Shown: piece by piece, positions 35,119-43,795 of the stretch
Layout: the number at the start of each line of letters is the position of its first letter
Position numbering within the stretch: the stretch's first letter is position 1
NCBI GenBank assembly: GCA_038729445.1
Contig: JAVYSA010000003.1
Location: 1-60,118, forward strand
DNA: 60,118 bases
Source of the DNA: Thermoplasmata archaeon
GTDB lineage: Archaea > Thermoplasmatota > Thermoplasmata > Lutacidiplasmatales > UBA184
Direction of reading: 5' to 3'
Translations under genes and position numbers: made by a program
Notes under the pieces: generated by a model
The model's database searches: none
Told to the model about the DNA's origin: nothing
The model's input: the letters and a program-made list of their open reading frames with translations, nothing else

Positions 35119-35694
35119 ATGGGCGACAAGGACCGGTGGTTCCGGTACGCCTCCCTGGTGGCGCTGGCGATCTGCTGGGTCACCATCATCCTGGGGGGCA
35201 ACGTCATCGCGAACGACTCGGGGCTCGGCTGCTCGACCTGGCCGAGCTGCGACGGCACCTTCTTCCCCCCGCTCACCGGGGCGATGGGGATCGAGTGGAT
35301 CCACCGCCTGAGCGCGCTCGTCCTCGCGGTCTCGATCGCCGTGCTCGCCGGCCTGGCCGTCGCCTACGAGCGGAGGCGGCCGGCGCTGCTCCGACTGAGC
35401 GTGGGGTCCCTGGTCGTCGTGGGGATCCTCGCGCTCCTGGGTGCCGCGGTCGTCGACTCCTCGCTGGCCCTGGGGCTCGTGCTGCTCCACTTCGCGGTGG
35501 CCACGATCCTGTTCGGGATGCTCCTCATCCTCGCCCTCATCGCCAACTGGAGCCACCTTCCGCGACGGTGGATCGAGTGGGCCCGCCGTGTGGAGGGCGC
35601 GCCGGAAGGCCCGAGTTCCGGGCGGGCACGGCCCTCCTCCCCGCCTCCCCCTCCCGAATGGGACCGACGCTCCGCCGAGCAGGGCCTGCATTAG
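35119..35694 (+). CDS. ctaA: Heme A synthase (CtaA/COX15), short four-helix archaeal type
   Basis: 191 aa with GLGCSTWPSCDG (paired Cys), IEWIHRLSA and LLHFAVAT His-containing helices. About half the length of bacterial CtaA. Confidence 0.8.
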   Translation: MGDKDRWFRYASLVALAICWVTIILGGNVIANDSGLGCSTWPSCDGTFFPPLTGAMGIEWIHRLSALVLAVSIAVLAGLAVAYERRRPALLRLSVGSLVVVGILALLGAAVVDSSLALGLVLLHFAVATILFGMLLILALIANWSHLPRRWIEWARRVEGAPEGPSSGRARPSSPPPPPEWDRRSAEQGLH

Positions 35695-35729
35695 GCGGCA
35701 CGCCCCTCACGGTCTAGGGAGGCTCGCGC

Positions 35730-36659
35730 ATGGTCACCGCGGTGCCGCACGCGTCCCGGGCGGATCGTTCGCCGTCCGTCGCGAGGGATCTCGTCGGCCT
35801 CGCCAAGCCCGGGATCACCTTTCTCATCGTCCTGGTCGCCGTCGCCGGGTACTTCCTTGCGGAGCCACCGCGCGTCGATCTTGTCGCGCTCGGGATCCTC
35901 GTCGCCTGCGGCGCCGCGGCGAGCGCCGGGGCCGCGATGCTCAACCACTACCTCGACCGCGACATCGACTCCCGGATGCGGCGGACCGCCCGGCGGCCGC
36001 TGCCGAGCGCCCGGATCCGGGACTCCGGCGCCGTCGCCGTGGCGGGGACGGCCCTCCTCGGGGGCGGCGTCGCAGTCGCCGGCGTCCTCCTCAACCCGCT
36101 CACGGCCCTCGCGATCCTCCTGGGCGGGCTCACCTACGTGGTCGTCTACACCGTCTGGCTCAAGCGCCGCTCCTCCTGGAACATCGTCATCGGCGGGTTC
36201 GCGGGCAGCGCGCCGGCGCTCGCGGGATCGGCCGCGGCGGTCGGCGCGTTCCCCCCGGCCGTCCTCGCGTTCGCCCTCCTCGTCTTCCTCTGGACCCCGC
36301 CGCACTTCTGGAGCCTCGCGCTGCTCCTCCGGGACGACTACGAGCGGGCCGGCCTGCCCATGCTGCCGGACATGCGGGACATCGCCCGCTCCGGACGGAT
36401 CGTCGTCCTCTCGACCCTCCTGCTCCTTCCCGCGACGGCCGTCCTCGCCGCGACCGGAGCCCTCGCCTGGCCGATCGTCGTGGTCCTGATCGCGCTGGCC
36501 GCGATCTACCTCGTGCTGAGCCTTCCGTTGTGGACGGAGGTGACGAAGGAGGCCGCCCGGCGGGGATTCGTCTACTCCGGTCCGTACCTCCTCGGGGTCA
36601 TCCTCGCGATCGCGGCGAACTTCCCCCTGCTCCGGGCCGTGCCGGGGCTTGCCCTCTGA
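35730..36659 (+). CDS. ctaB: Protoheme IX farnesyltransferase (heme O synthase)
   Basis: UbiA-family motif NHYLDRDIDSRMRRTARRPLP, also WTPPHFWSLALL. Nine TMs. Confidence 0.93.
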   Translation: MVTAVPHASRADRSPSVARDLVGLAKPGITFLIVLVAVAGYFLAEPPRVDLVALGILVACGAAASAGAAMLNHYLDRDIDSRMRRTARRPLPSARIRDSGAVAVAGTALLGGGVAVAGVLLNPLTALAILLGGLTYVVVYTVWLKRRSSWNIVIGGFAGSAPALAGSAAAVGAFPPAVLAFALLVFLWTPPHFWSLALLLRDDYERAGLPMLPDMRDIARSGRIVVLSTLLLLPATAVLAATGALAWPIVVVLIALAAIYLVLSLPLWTEVTKEAARRGFVYSGPYLLGVILAIAANFPLLRAVPGLAL

Positions 36660-36719
36660 CCGTTCCGTCCCCCTCCGTTGCGCATAGGCTTAATTCGGGC
36701 GGGGGCCTTCCCCTCGCCG

Positions 36720-37430
36720 ATGGTGGAGCCCTCGCCGACGGCGGCCCCCGCGTCGGATTCCTCCCGCTCGGTCGAGATCGCGCTGCGCCGATTCGGGTTT
36801 GCCCGCGTCGAGCCGCGGCCCCGCGCCCCGGAGGTCGAGCCCGCCTTCTGGGTCCGGCGCGCCGGAGGGGCGGCGGACCGGGCCTGGCCGGTCTTCATCG
36901 GGACCGGCGAGCCGGCCACGGACGCCATCGGCCGGTGGTTCTCGACCGCCGGAGCCGACGCGGACCGGCGGGCGATCGTGGTCGTCCCTTCCGATGCCGC
37001 GGCGGAGGAGGCGTGGCGCGAGATCCATGAGCTGCCGCATCGGGGGATCGTCCCGGGCCTGTCGATCCTCGTCGTGCCGCCTCCGGGCGGGTCCGATCCT
37101 CCGCGGGTCCACTGGCACGCGAGACCGGTCTCCCGCGCCGAGGTGCTGCGCCTTGCCACCGGCATCGTGGTCGGGCTCTTCCGCCGGGCCCAGGGGGAGG
37201 GCGGGCCGGGGGCGATCGACTTCGAGGAGCTCTTGGTCGCGCTGAGGCGGACCTTCGGTGTCGACGTCTACCGGTCCCTGGGGGTGCACACCGACGAGGA
37301 TGCGCTCTACCTCATCTACCAGATGGCGCTGCGCCACGCCTACGCCCCGGGGGACCCGGGGGCGAACCTCCACCTCCTGGTCCTCAAGCCGAGCGGACCG
37401 GCCTCGCGACTCCCGTGGTTCGCCGCCTGA
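36720..37430 (+). CDS. Hypothetical protein
   Basis: Trimmed to ATG 36720. TATA-like CTTAATT (about 36689-36695) lies ~27 nt upstream. Protein-like C-terminal half (IDFEELLVALRRTFGVDVYRSLGVHTDEDALYLIYQMALRHAY). No family recognised. Confidence 0.55.
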   Translation: MVEPSPTAAPASDSSRSVEIALRRFGFARVEPRPRAPEVEPAFWVRRAGGAADRAWPVFIGTGEPATDAIGRWFSTAGADADRRAIVVVPSDAAAEEAWREIHELPHRGIVPGLSILVVPPPGGSDPPRVHWHARPVSRAEVLRLATGIVVGLFRRAQGEGGPGAIDFEELLVALRRTFGVDVYRSLGVHTDEDALYLIYQMALRHAYAPGDPGANLHLLVLKPSGPASRLPWFAA

Positions 37431-37483
37431 TTCTCTCCGTACTGAGGGCATATGAACCGGCGCCCGGTCCGCTGCCGGGCCAA

Positions 37484-37672
37484 ATGAGCGGGACGGCGCC
37501 CTACCGAAGCCCGTACACCCCAAGCCCGGGGGGAGCGACGCCCCCGGCCGACGCCACCCCCGGCGAGCAGATCGGTGAGCTCCGGCTCTTCTTCTGGCTC
37601 GCCCTCCTGAGCACCGCCATCATCGGTGGCAGCGGGGTCATCGCGTGGGCGTTTGCCACCCACGCGCTCTGA
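37484..37672 (+). CDS. Small protein with Pro/Tyr-rich N-terminus and C-terminal TM (hypothetical)
   Basis: 62 aa: MSGTAPYRSPYTPSPGGATPP...LRLFFWLALLSTAIIGGSGVIAWAF. Confidence 0.35.
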   Translation: MSGTAPYRSPYTPSPGGATPPADATPGEQIGELRLFFWLALLSTAIIGGSGVIAWAFATHAL

Positions 37673-37727
37673 GCCGGGGTCCGCCGCGGGCAACCTTATC
37701 AACCCCGCACGGGTCGGCGCCCGTCGC

Positions 37728-37802
37728 GGGGCCGTGGGGTAGCTTGGACCATCCTTCTTGCTTGGGGTGCAAGAGACTCCGATTCAAATTCGGACGGCCC
37801 CA
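37728..37802 (+). tRNA. tRNA-Pro (anticodon GGG)
   Basis: Acceptor GGGGCCG/CGGCCCC. Anticodon arm CTTGC-TTGGGGT-GCAAG (GGG with G37). T arm TCCGA-TTCAAAT-TCGGA, discriminator A. TATA-like CCTTATC about 30 nt upstream. Confidence 0.88.
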
Positions 37803-38025
37803 CCGACGGCCATGACCCGACGGGGGACCGGGCCCTGAGGGAGATCCCCCGCCCGGAGGTTCGATGGTCCGAGCGCGACCCGGTGGGCGACGTCGCTCGC
37901 CCGGATCCGGGGCCCGAGGGTCGGTGCGTCCACGGGCACCGCAGATCGTGCGCCGGCCCGGTGGACCGGGCCGGTGGGACAGGCCGTGGCCGCCACCGGG
38001 CGCCCGGTCGCGAGGGCAGGCTCCC

Positions 38026-38499
38026 CTACAGCAGCCCGAGCAGGAGGATCAGGGAGACGATGACCAGCGCCGCGACCACGGTGTGGTGCACGAGGTATCG
38101 GAGCCGGGCGGCCGGTCCCGCCTCCTCCGTCAGGGCCGGTTGCATCAGGAGGTCCAGCCCGGCGCCGCCGCCGACCGCGAGGAACCCGACCGAGGCCAGG
38201 ATCCGGCCCGTGAGCAGCGCGTTGGCCGCGCTCACCACCGTCGACTGGGGGCCCGATCCGGCGATCGCGACGACCGCCCCGATGAAGAGCAGCAGGAATC
38301 CGAAGCCCACGACCAGGAACGGCCAGGACGGGTGACGGATCTCGAGGACCCTCTTCGGTGGGGGTGCCGCGGGGGGATAGGGGTAGTAGGGAGGCGGCGA
38401 GGTCCCCGGCCAGGCCGCGGGTCCCGCCGGCCCGTACGGAGGGGGCACAGGCCCGGTTCCGGAAGGAGGCGCGCCACCGGGAGGGCTGCTGGGCTGCAT
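38026..38499 (-). CDS. Membrane protein with Pro/Tyr-rich N-terminal region (hypothetical)
   Basis: Trimmed to ATG 38497-38499 (MQPSSPPGGAPPSGTGPVPPPYGPAGPAAWPGTSPPPYYPYPP...), followed by four hydrophobic segments. TATA-like ACTTAAT about 25-30 nt upstream. Confidence 0.55.
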   Translation of the reverse strand: MQPSSPPGGAPPSGTGPVPPPYGPAGPAAWPGTSPPPYYPYPPAAPPPKRVLEIRHPSWPFLVVGFGFLLLFIGAVVAIAGSGPQSTVVSAANALLTGRILASVGFLAVGGGAGLDLLMQPALTEEAGPAARLRYLVHHTVVAALVIVSLILLLGLL

Positions 38500-38705
38500 G
38501 GGCACGGCAGGAGAAGGAGGGATACTTAATCGTTCGCGTCTCGGACGGCGGAGCGGATGCCCGCGGGCGGCCCGGGCGCGGGAGGCCACGGACGACGTGG
38601 GAGCGCCGCGCGTCGCCTCCGGTCACCGCGCCCCGGTCGGGTGCCGGCCCCCGCCCTCCCTGGCTCGGCAAGGTCATCCGCCCGCGGGAGTGCCGGTCCC
38701 CCGGC

Positions 38706-39359
38706 ATGGGAGGCCGACGGTTCGTCGCCGAGCGCAGGAGGGATCCGTTCTACCGCGAGGCGCAGCGGCGGGGCCTTCGCTCCCGGGCCGCCTTCAAGCT
38801 GGCGTTCCTCGCCGACCGCTTCCCCCTGTTCGCCCCCGGCGCCCGCGTGCTGGACCTCGGTGCCGCCCCGGGGGGATGGAGCCTCGTCGCACTTGAGCGA
38901 ACCTCGCCCGGAGGGACCGTCGTCGCGGTGGATCCCCGCCCGGTCGATCCGGCTCCGAACCTCCGCTACGTCCCCGGCCGCGTGGGAGACCCGTCCCTGG
39001 CCGAGCGGCTCGGCCCGGAGCCGTTCGACGTGGTGATCGCCGACCTGTCGCCCCGGATCAGCGGGGCATGGGCGACCGACCATGCCCGCTCCGCCGCGCT
39101 GGTGATCGCGGCGGCGGAGCTCGCCCACGAGGTCCTCCGTGACGGAGGGGCGTTCGTCGCGAAGATCTTCGACGGGGACCTCCGTCCCGAGGTCGAGGAC
39201 CGCCTCGCGAGGTGGTTCCGCTCGGTCGCCCGGACGAAGCCTCCCGCCTCCCGGTCCCAGTCGTCCGAGCTCTACTTGGTCGCCCGGGGGCACCGAACCG
39301 ACCGGCCGGAGCGGCGGTCCGGCTCCCCCCGAGACCCGATATATAGGAACGTGCCCTGA
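38706..39359 (+). CDS. rlmE: 23S rRNA (uridine-2'-O)-methyltransferase RlmE/FtsJ
   Basis: Trimmed to ATG 38706. Motifs RRDPFYREAQRRGLRSRAAFKL, VLDLGAAPGGWS, DVVIADLSP and AFVAKIFDG. Confidence 0.9.
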   Translation: MGGRRFVAERRRDPFYREAQRRGLRSRAAFKLAFLADRFPLFAPGARVLDLGAAPGGWSLVALERTSPGGTVVAVDPRPVDPAPNLRYVPGRVGDPSLAERLGPEPFDVVIADLSPRISGAWATDHARSAALVIAAAELAHEVLRDGGAFVAKIFDGDLRPEVEDRLARWFRSVARTKPPASRSQSSELYLVARGHRTDRPERRSGSPRDPIYRNVP

Positions 39360-39372
39360 GGCCACCCTACGA

Positions 39373-39377
39373 TTTTT
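39373..39377 (+). terminator. Oligo-T tract (TTTTT) 14 nt after the rlmE stop
   Basis: T5 runs are rare in this GC-rich window, and archaeal termination uses oligo-T. It may equally be part of the next gene's promoter (GATTTTTGAGGGTCGATAAC). Confidence 0.35.
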
Positions 39378-39392
39378 GAGGGTCGATAACTC

Positions 39393-40625
39393 GTGATCCG
39401 TTTCGGACCGGCGGGGATTCCACTCTCGTGCAAGGGCCGCACGCTGCGCGATGGGATCTCGGATGTGCACCATCTGGGCCTCGCGGCGCTGGAGGCCCAG
39501 TTCATCAAGGTCAACCCGATCCAGCGCGTCGCCTTCGATGAGGAGGTCGGCCGCCTCCCGCGCGAGATCCCGCAGCAGCTCATCGTCGCCGTGGGGCCGA
39601 CGACCATCGAGGGTGCCGAGCCGACGCGGGCCGCGCTGACGGAGCCGATCCGTCGCAGGGCGACGGTCACGACCCTGACGACCAGTCTGGCGAGGGAGTA
39701 CGCCGACCTCACGACGACCCGCGACCTCGCGCGGGCGCTCGACGTGCGGCTGACCCTGCATGCGCCCTACTACGTCGACTTCTTCGGGAGCCCGGAGGCC
39801 CGCCAGCGGTCGCTCCGACAGATCCAGTGGGCCGGGGTCCTCGCGGAGGGGTTGGGGGCCCGCCTCCTGGTCACCCATCTCGGGTTCTATGCACCGGGCC
39901 CGCGGGCCGACTCCTTCGAACCGATCCGGGAGATCACCGACGGGCTTGCCCGGTGGCTCGCCGACTTCGGGAAGGGGACGATCCAGCTCGGTCTGGAACC
40001 GAGCGGGCACCCGGACGTCTTCGGATCCGCCGAGGAGATCCTCGAGCTCTCCCACCGGGTGCGCGGGACGGTCCCGGTGCTGAACGTCCCGCACCTCGCC
40101 GCCCGGGATCGCCGCCCGCTCGAGCGTCCCGAGGACTATGCCCCCCTGGTCGAGGCGTTCCGCACCGGGCCGGATCGCTCGCTCTACCTCAACTTCGCGG
40201 GCGTCGAGTACACCGGTCCCGGCACGATGCGGCTGACCCCCGTCAAGCGCGGCCGGATCCGGTTCGACCCGCTGGCAGAGCTCCTCACCCAGCGGGATTA
40301 CGACGCGACCGTGATCTCGAGTTCTCCCCTCCTCGAGCACGACGCGATGTCGATGAAGCTCATCTACGAGCGGACCTTGGCGCGTCGCTGGGCGCGCCGA
40401 CACGCCCCGTCCCCCCCGCGTGCCGCCCCTGCGCCCGCCGCACGGGCGACCGTGTCCGCGAGGGCGTCTTTGGCAGGCCCGGGTCGCCGGGCGCGCCCCT
40501 CCTCCGGACGGCCGGGGACGACGGGCCGGCCCCGTCCCGGCGGCGGGAAGCCCCGTCCGGCAAGGTCATCCTCCCGGTCGCGATCCGGGGGTGGAACGAG
40601 GCGATCCCATGGACGGACCCGCTGA
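39393..40625 (+). CDS. Endonuclease IV-like TIM-barrel protein (AP endonuclease 2 / xylose-isomerase-like fold) with an insertion and an R/S/P-rich tail
   Basis: MIRFGPAGIP N-terminus, LTLHAPYYVDF, LLVTHLGFY, LGLEPSG, VLNVPHLAAR and LYLNFAGVEYTGPG...L. A ~50-aa insert follows the first strand. The last ~75 aa are low complexity. Confidence 0.7.
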   Translation: MIRFGPAGIPLSCKGRTLRDGISDVHHLGLAALEAQFIKVNPIQRVAFDEEVGRLPREIPQQLIVAVGPTTIEGAEPTRAALTEPIRRRATVTTLTTSLAREYADLTTTRDLARALDVRLTLHAPYYVDFFGSPEARQRSLRQIQWAGVLAEGLGARLLVTHLGFYAPGPRADSFEPIREITDGLARWLADFGKGTIQLGLEPSGHPDVFGSAEEILELSHRVRGTVPVLNVPHLAARDRRPLERPEDYAPLVEAFRTGPDRSLYLNFAGVEYTGPGTMRLTPVKRGRIRFDPLAELLTQRDYDATVISSSPLLEHDAMSMKLIYERTLARRWARRHAPSPPRAAPAPAARATVSARASLAGPGRRARPSSGRPGTTGRPRPGGGKPRPARSSSRSRSGGGTRRSHGRTR

Positions 40626-41175
40626 GGCGCGCACCTTCCAGGAGGCCGACCGGTACATCGCCACGCGGGCCGGGGAGGCGCTCGCGGCGGTGGACCCCAC
40701 GACCGTCGCCCGGATCCTCGAGCTGTTCGCGCGGGCCCCGACCATCTTCGTCTACGGCGCCGGCCGCAGCGGGATCATCGGCCGGGCCTTCGCGATGCGG
40801 CTCGTCCAGGCCGGACTGAGCGCGTACGTGATCGGGGAGAGCGTCACCCCGATCGTCCGCCGCGGGGATCTCGTGGTGATCTTCTCCAACCGAGGCGAGA
40901 GCTACTCGAGCATCCAGACCGCGAACATCGTCCGTCGGGAAGGAGCCGACCTCGTCGTCGTCACGAGCCGTCCGAGCTCGAAGCTCGCGCATGCCGCGAC
41001 CGTCCTCGTGACCCTGCCGATCCCCGACGATCCGGACCGCGCGCGGTACGCCCCCCTCGGTACCGTCTTCGAGGCGGCCAGCCTGAGGGTCGCCGACGCG
41101 CTCATCGCCGCGTGGATCGAGGTCCGGGGCGAGACCGAGGAGTCGATGCGACGGCGGCACGCGATCATGGTCTGA
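40609..41175 (+). CDS. hxlB: SIS-domain 6-phospho-3-hexuloisomerase-like protein
   Basis: Trimmed to ATG 40609. Motifs IFVYGAGRSGIIGRAFAMRLVQAG, DLVVIFSNRGES, VVVTS and PLGTVFEAASL. Confidence 0.85.
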   Translation: MDGPAEARTFQEADRYIATRAGEALAAVDPTTVARILELFARAPTIFVYGAGRSGIIGRAFAMRLVQAGLSAYVIGESVTPIVRRGDLVVIFSNRGESYSSIQTANIVRREGADLVVVTSRPSSKLAHAATVLVTLPIPDDPDRARYAPLGTVFEAASLRVADALIAAWIEVRGETEESMRRRHAIMV

Positions 41176-41272
41176 GCGGACCTGGTGGCCCGCCCGCCGG
41201 GGCCCGGGCGGAGATCGGACGGCCCGCGGTCGGGCCGCATCCTTTAAGCGGAGGGGGGCCTCGCGAGCCGGC

Positions 41273-41782
41273 GTGCCCGCCGAACGCGCGCGATCCCCGA
41301 AATCCTCCGGCTCCCTGATTCCGGTCCCCACCCGGTTCTTCGTGACGAGCGGCAAGGGGATCAACAAGACGAGCGAGCTCAACGCCTTCGATCTCGCGCT
41401 CTTGGACGGCCGCATCGGCGAGCAGAACCTCGTCAGCGTCTCCTCCGTCCTTCCCTCGGGGATCCGCCAGATCGACCCGGTCCCGCTGGTCCGCGGGGCG
41501 ATCACCCACTGCGTGCTCGCGCGGCACGGCGGCGGCGAGGGCGAGGTCATCAGCGCCGGCATCGCCTACGGCTTCCGGACCGACGGGCAGGGAGGCTACG
41601 TCGCGGAGGGCCACCTGCACGGGACCCAGAAGTCGCTCAAGGAGTTCCTCAAGTGGCGGATGGAGGAGATCGCGCACTTCCGCGGTGTCGAGCTGCGACG
41701 GATCCACTACCGGACGGAGGAGCTCGTCATCCCGATGGACCACTACGGCGTCTGCATCGCCGCCTGCGTCTTCCTTCCCTGA
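41273..41782 (+). CDS. pdaD: Pyruvoyl-dependent arginine decarboxylase
   Basis: PTRFFVTSGKGINKTSELNAFDLALLDGRIGEQNLVSVSSVLP (self-cleavage Ser-Ser region). GTG start 28 nt after TATA-like CTTTAAG. Confidence 0.92.
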   Translation: MPAERARSPKSSGSLIPVPTRFFVTSGKGINKTSELNAFDLALLDGRIGEQNLVSVSSVLPSGIRQIDPVPLVRGAITHCVLARHGGGEGEVISAGIAYGFRTDGQGGYVAEGHLHGTQKSLKEFLKWRMEEIAHFRGVELRRIHYRTEELVIPMDHYGVCIAACVFLP

Positions 41783-41801
41783 GGGGGGGCGCTCGGCGCC
41801 C

Positions 41802-42149
41802 TCAGCCGAGCAGCTTGCGGAAGAGCAGCTTGTCCTCGAGGCTGCCGTCCAGGCGCAGGCGCCCGGTCACGATCGCCTTCATCGGCCCGATCTCCCGCCG
41901 CACCAGCCCCTGGAAGGTCGCGCGGTCGGTGCGGACCGTCACGTCGGCGCGGTCCGGTGCCGGCGACCGGAGGTTCTCGAGGCGGCCGTCCCTGAGGTCG
42001 ACGGCGTAGCTGTCGCCCTCCCGGAGCCGGACCGCGATGGTCCGGCGCAGGGAACCGAGCTCCTCCCGCACGGAGGGGTGGGCCTCGACGTGTCCGTTGA
42101 ACCGCGCGACGATCGAGGCGAGGGACGCCTCGAGCTCCCCCCCGCTCAC
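41802..42149 (-). CDS. SCP2 sterol-carrier-like domain protein
   Basis: Trimmed to GTG 42147-42149 (GTGA overlap with the rnhB stop). C-terminal pattern FQGLVRREIGPMKAIVTGRLRLDGSLEDKLLFRKLL. Confidence 0.75.
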   Translation of the reverse strand: MSGGELEASLASIVARFNGHVEAHPSVREELGSLRRTIAVRLREGDSYAVDLRDGRLENLRSPAPDRADVTVRTDRATFQGLVRREIGPMKAIVTGRLRLDGSLEDKLLFRKLLG

Positions 42150-42808
42150 GGCCCGAACTCCTCCAGCGCACGAGCGGTCCTCGCGGCGATAAGCCTTTGC
42201 GACGGGGCCCAACTGCGGCGCCACAGGCCGTGGAGCCGCGACGGCGCCCGCCGGTGGGCCTCCTCGACGAACCGCCGGGTCCTCGGATCCGAAGGGTAGC
42301 CGCTCCCGATCGGCAGGCCGAGCGACGCCGCCGCGCGGGCGACAGCCCGGTCCCGCTCGACCTTGGCGACGATCGAGGCCGCGCCGACCACGGGGTCCGT
42401 CGCGTCCATCCGGTGGGCGGAACGGATCGGGATTGTCGTGCCCGCGAGGGCGCCGACGGACCGGCCGAACCGGGCGGGGTCGACGTCGCAGGCGTCGAGG
42501 CGGATCTCGTCGGCCCGGAGCGACCGGATCAGGGCGGCGAAGCTCTCCGCCTCGAGGCGGTTGAGCTCCCCGTGGGCGACGCGCCGGTCCACCGTCGCCG
42601 GGGGGATCGCCATGGCCCGGTAGGTGCCGATCTCCCCGAGCGCGCGGTAGAGGCGCTCCCGGGCGACCGGGGCGAGGCGTTTCGAATCCCGGACGCCGAT
42701 CGACCGGAGCCGGTCGATCTGCTCGGAACGGACCAGGAACGCCCCGACGACCAAGGGCCCGAGCCACGCCCCTCGGCCGGCCTCGTCGAGTCCCAGCACC
42801 GTCGGCAC
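42146..42808 (-). CDS. rnhB: Ribonuclease HII
   Basis: VLGLDEAGRGAWLGPLVVGAF, DSKRL and ASIVAKVERD. Confidence 0.93.
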   Translation of the reverse strand: MPTVLGLDEAGRGAWLGPLVVGAFLVRSEQIDRLRSIGVRDSKRLAPVARERLYRALGEIGTYRAMAIPPATVDRRVAHGELNRLEAESFAALIRSLRADEIRLDACDVDPARFGRSVGALAGTTIPIRSAHRMDATDPVVGAASIVAKVERDRAVARAAASLGLPIGSGYPSDPRTRRFVEEAHRRAPSRLHGLWRRSWAPSQRLIAARTARALEEFGP

Positions 42809-42893
42809 GGGTTCCCGCCCTGGCGGGAGATGCCGTCCGCGCCCTTATGCCCGACGCCCAGCCCGGCAAGGGCTAAGGAGCCCGGGGCCTGCG

Positions 42894-43793
42894 GTGGACA
42901 TGAGCTTCCATGGGCTCGTCGTCCCGCTCCCGACGATCTTCGGGGCGGACGGTACGCTGGATGCCGACGGCACGGCCGCGTTCGCGCTCTCGGTCGCCAA
43001 GGGAGGGGCCGACCGGCTCTTCGTCCTCGGCTCGCTCGGGGAGTTCCCGCTGCTGACGCGGGAGGAGCGGCGGGAGGTCGTCGCTCGGACCGTCGCTATG
43101 GCCCGGGGCAGCGCCCCGGTCTGGGCGGGCACGGGGGCCCCGTCGACCGCCGAGGCGATCGCCCTCTCGCGCGATGCCGAGTCGGCCGGTGCGGAGGCAC
43201 TGGTTGTCGTGCCCCCGTACTACCTCCATCCCGCCCCCGGGGCCATCGAGAGGTACTACCGCGCGATCCGCCGGGCCGTCTCGGTGCCCCTCTATGCGTA
43301 CAACATCCCCTCCTTGGTCGGCTATCCGCTGGACCCGTCGCTGGTCGGCCGGCTCGGCCGAGACGGGGTCCTGGCGGGCATCAAGGACACCTCCGAGTCC
43401 CTCGCCAGCGTGGAGACGTTCCTCCGGGCGGGGCCCGAGGGGTTCGAGGTGATGCCGGGCGACGACGCCCTGGCCGCCCCCGCGATCGCCCGGGGCGCCG
43501 CCGGGGCGGTGATGGGGCTCGCCAACGTGCTCCCCCGCCTCGGACGGGCGATCGTCGCGGCGGCGCACCGGGGGGACGGGGCCGAGGTCGTGCGGCTCCA
43601 GGAGCTCATCGAGGCGCTTGCGTTCGTGGTTGCCGGCGGCCCGTTCCCGTCCGCCGGGAAGTTCCTCGCCTCCCGGGTCCGGGGGGTGCGCGTGGGATAT
43701 CGGAGCCCCTGCGACCCGCTCTCTCCCGAGGAGGAGCGGCGGGTCCTCGCCCGGTGGTCCGCATGGGACGGCCGGCTGAAGGAGTTCGCCTGA
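42894..43793 (+). CDS. DapA-family class I aldolase (KDG/KDPG aldolase-like)
   Basis: TIFGADGTLD, GSLGEFPLLTREER, VVPPYY and Schiff-base region LAGIKDTS. Adjacent to a glucose dehydrogenase-type gene. Confidence 0.85.
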   Translation: MDMSFHGLVVPLPTIFGADGTLDADGTAAFALSVAKGGADRLFVLGSLGEFPLLTREERREVVARTVAMARGSAPVWAGTGAPSTAEAIALSRDAESAGAEALVVVPPYYLHPAPGAIERYYRAIRRAVSVPLYAYNIPSLVGYPLDPSLVGRLGRDGVLAGIKDTSESLASVETFLRAGPEGFEVMPGDDALAAPAIARGAAGAVMGLANVLPRLGRAIVAAAHRGDGAEVVRLQELIEALAFVVAGGPFPSAGKFLASRVRGVRVGYRSPCDPLSPEEERRVLARWSAWDGRLKEFA

Positions 43794-43795
43794 GC

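Noticed and set aside
37803-38025. The 223-nt non-coding stretch after tRNA-Pro, considered as a possible second integration scar.
   Set aside because: GC content looks like the genomic background. I found no repeat of the tRNA 3' half by eye and no cargo-like genes. The overlapping listed ORFs are R/P/G-rich artefacts.
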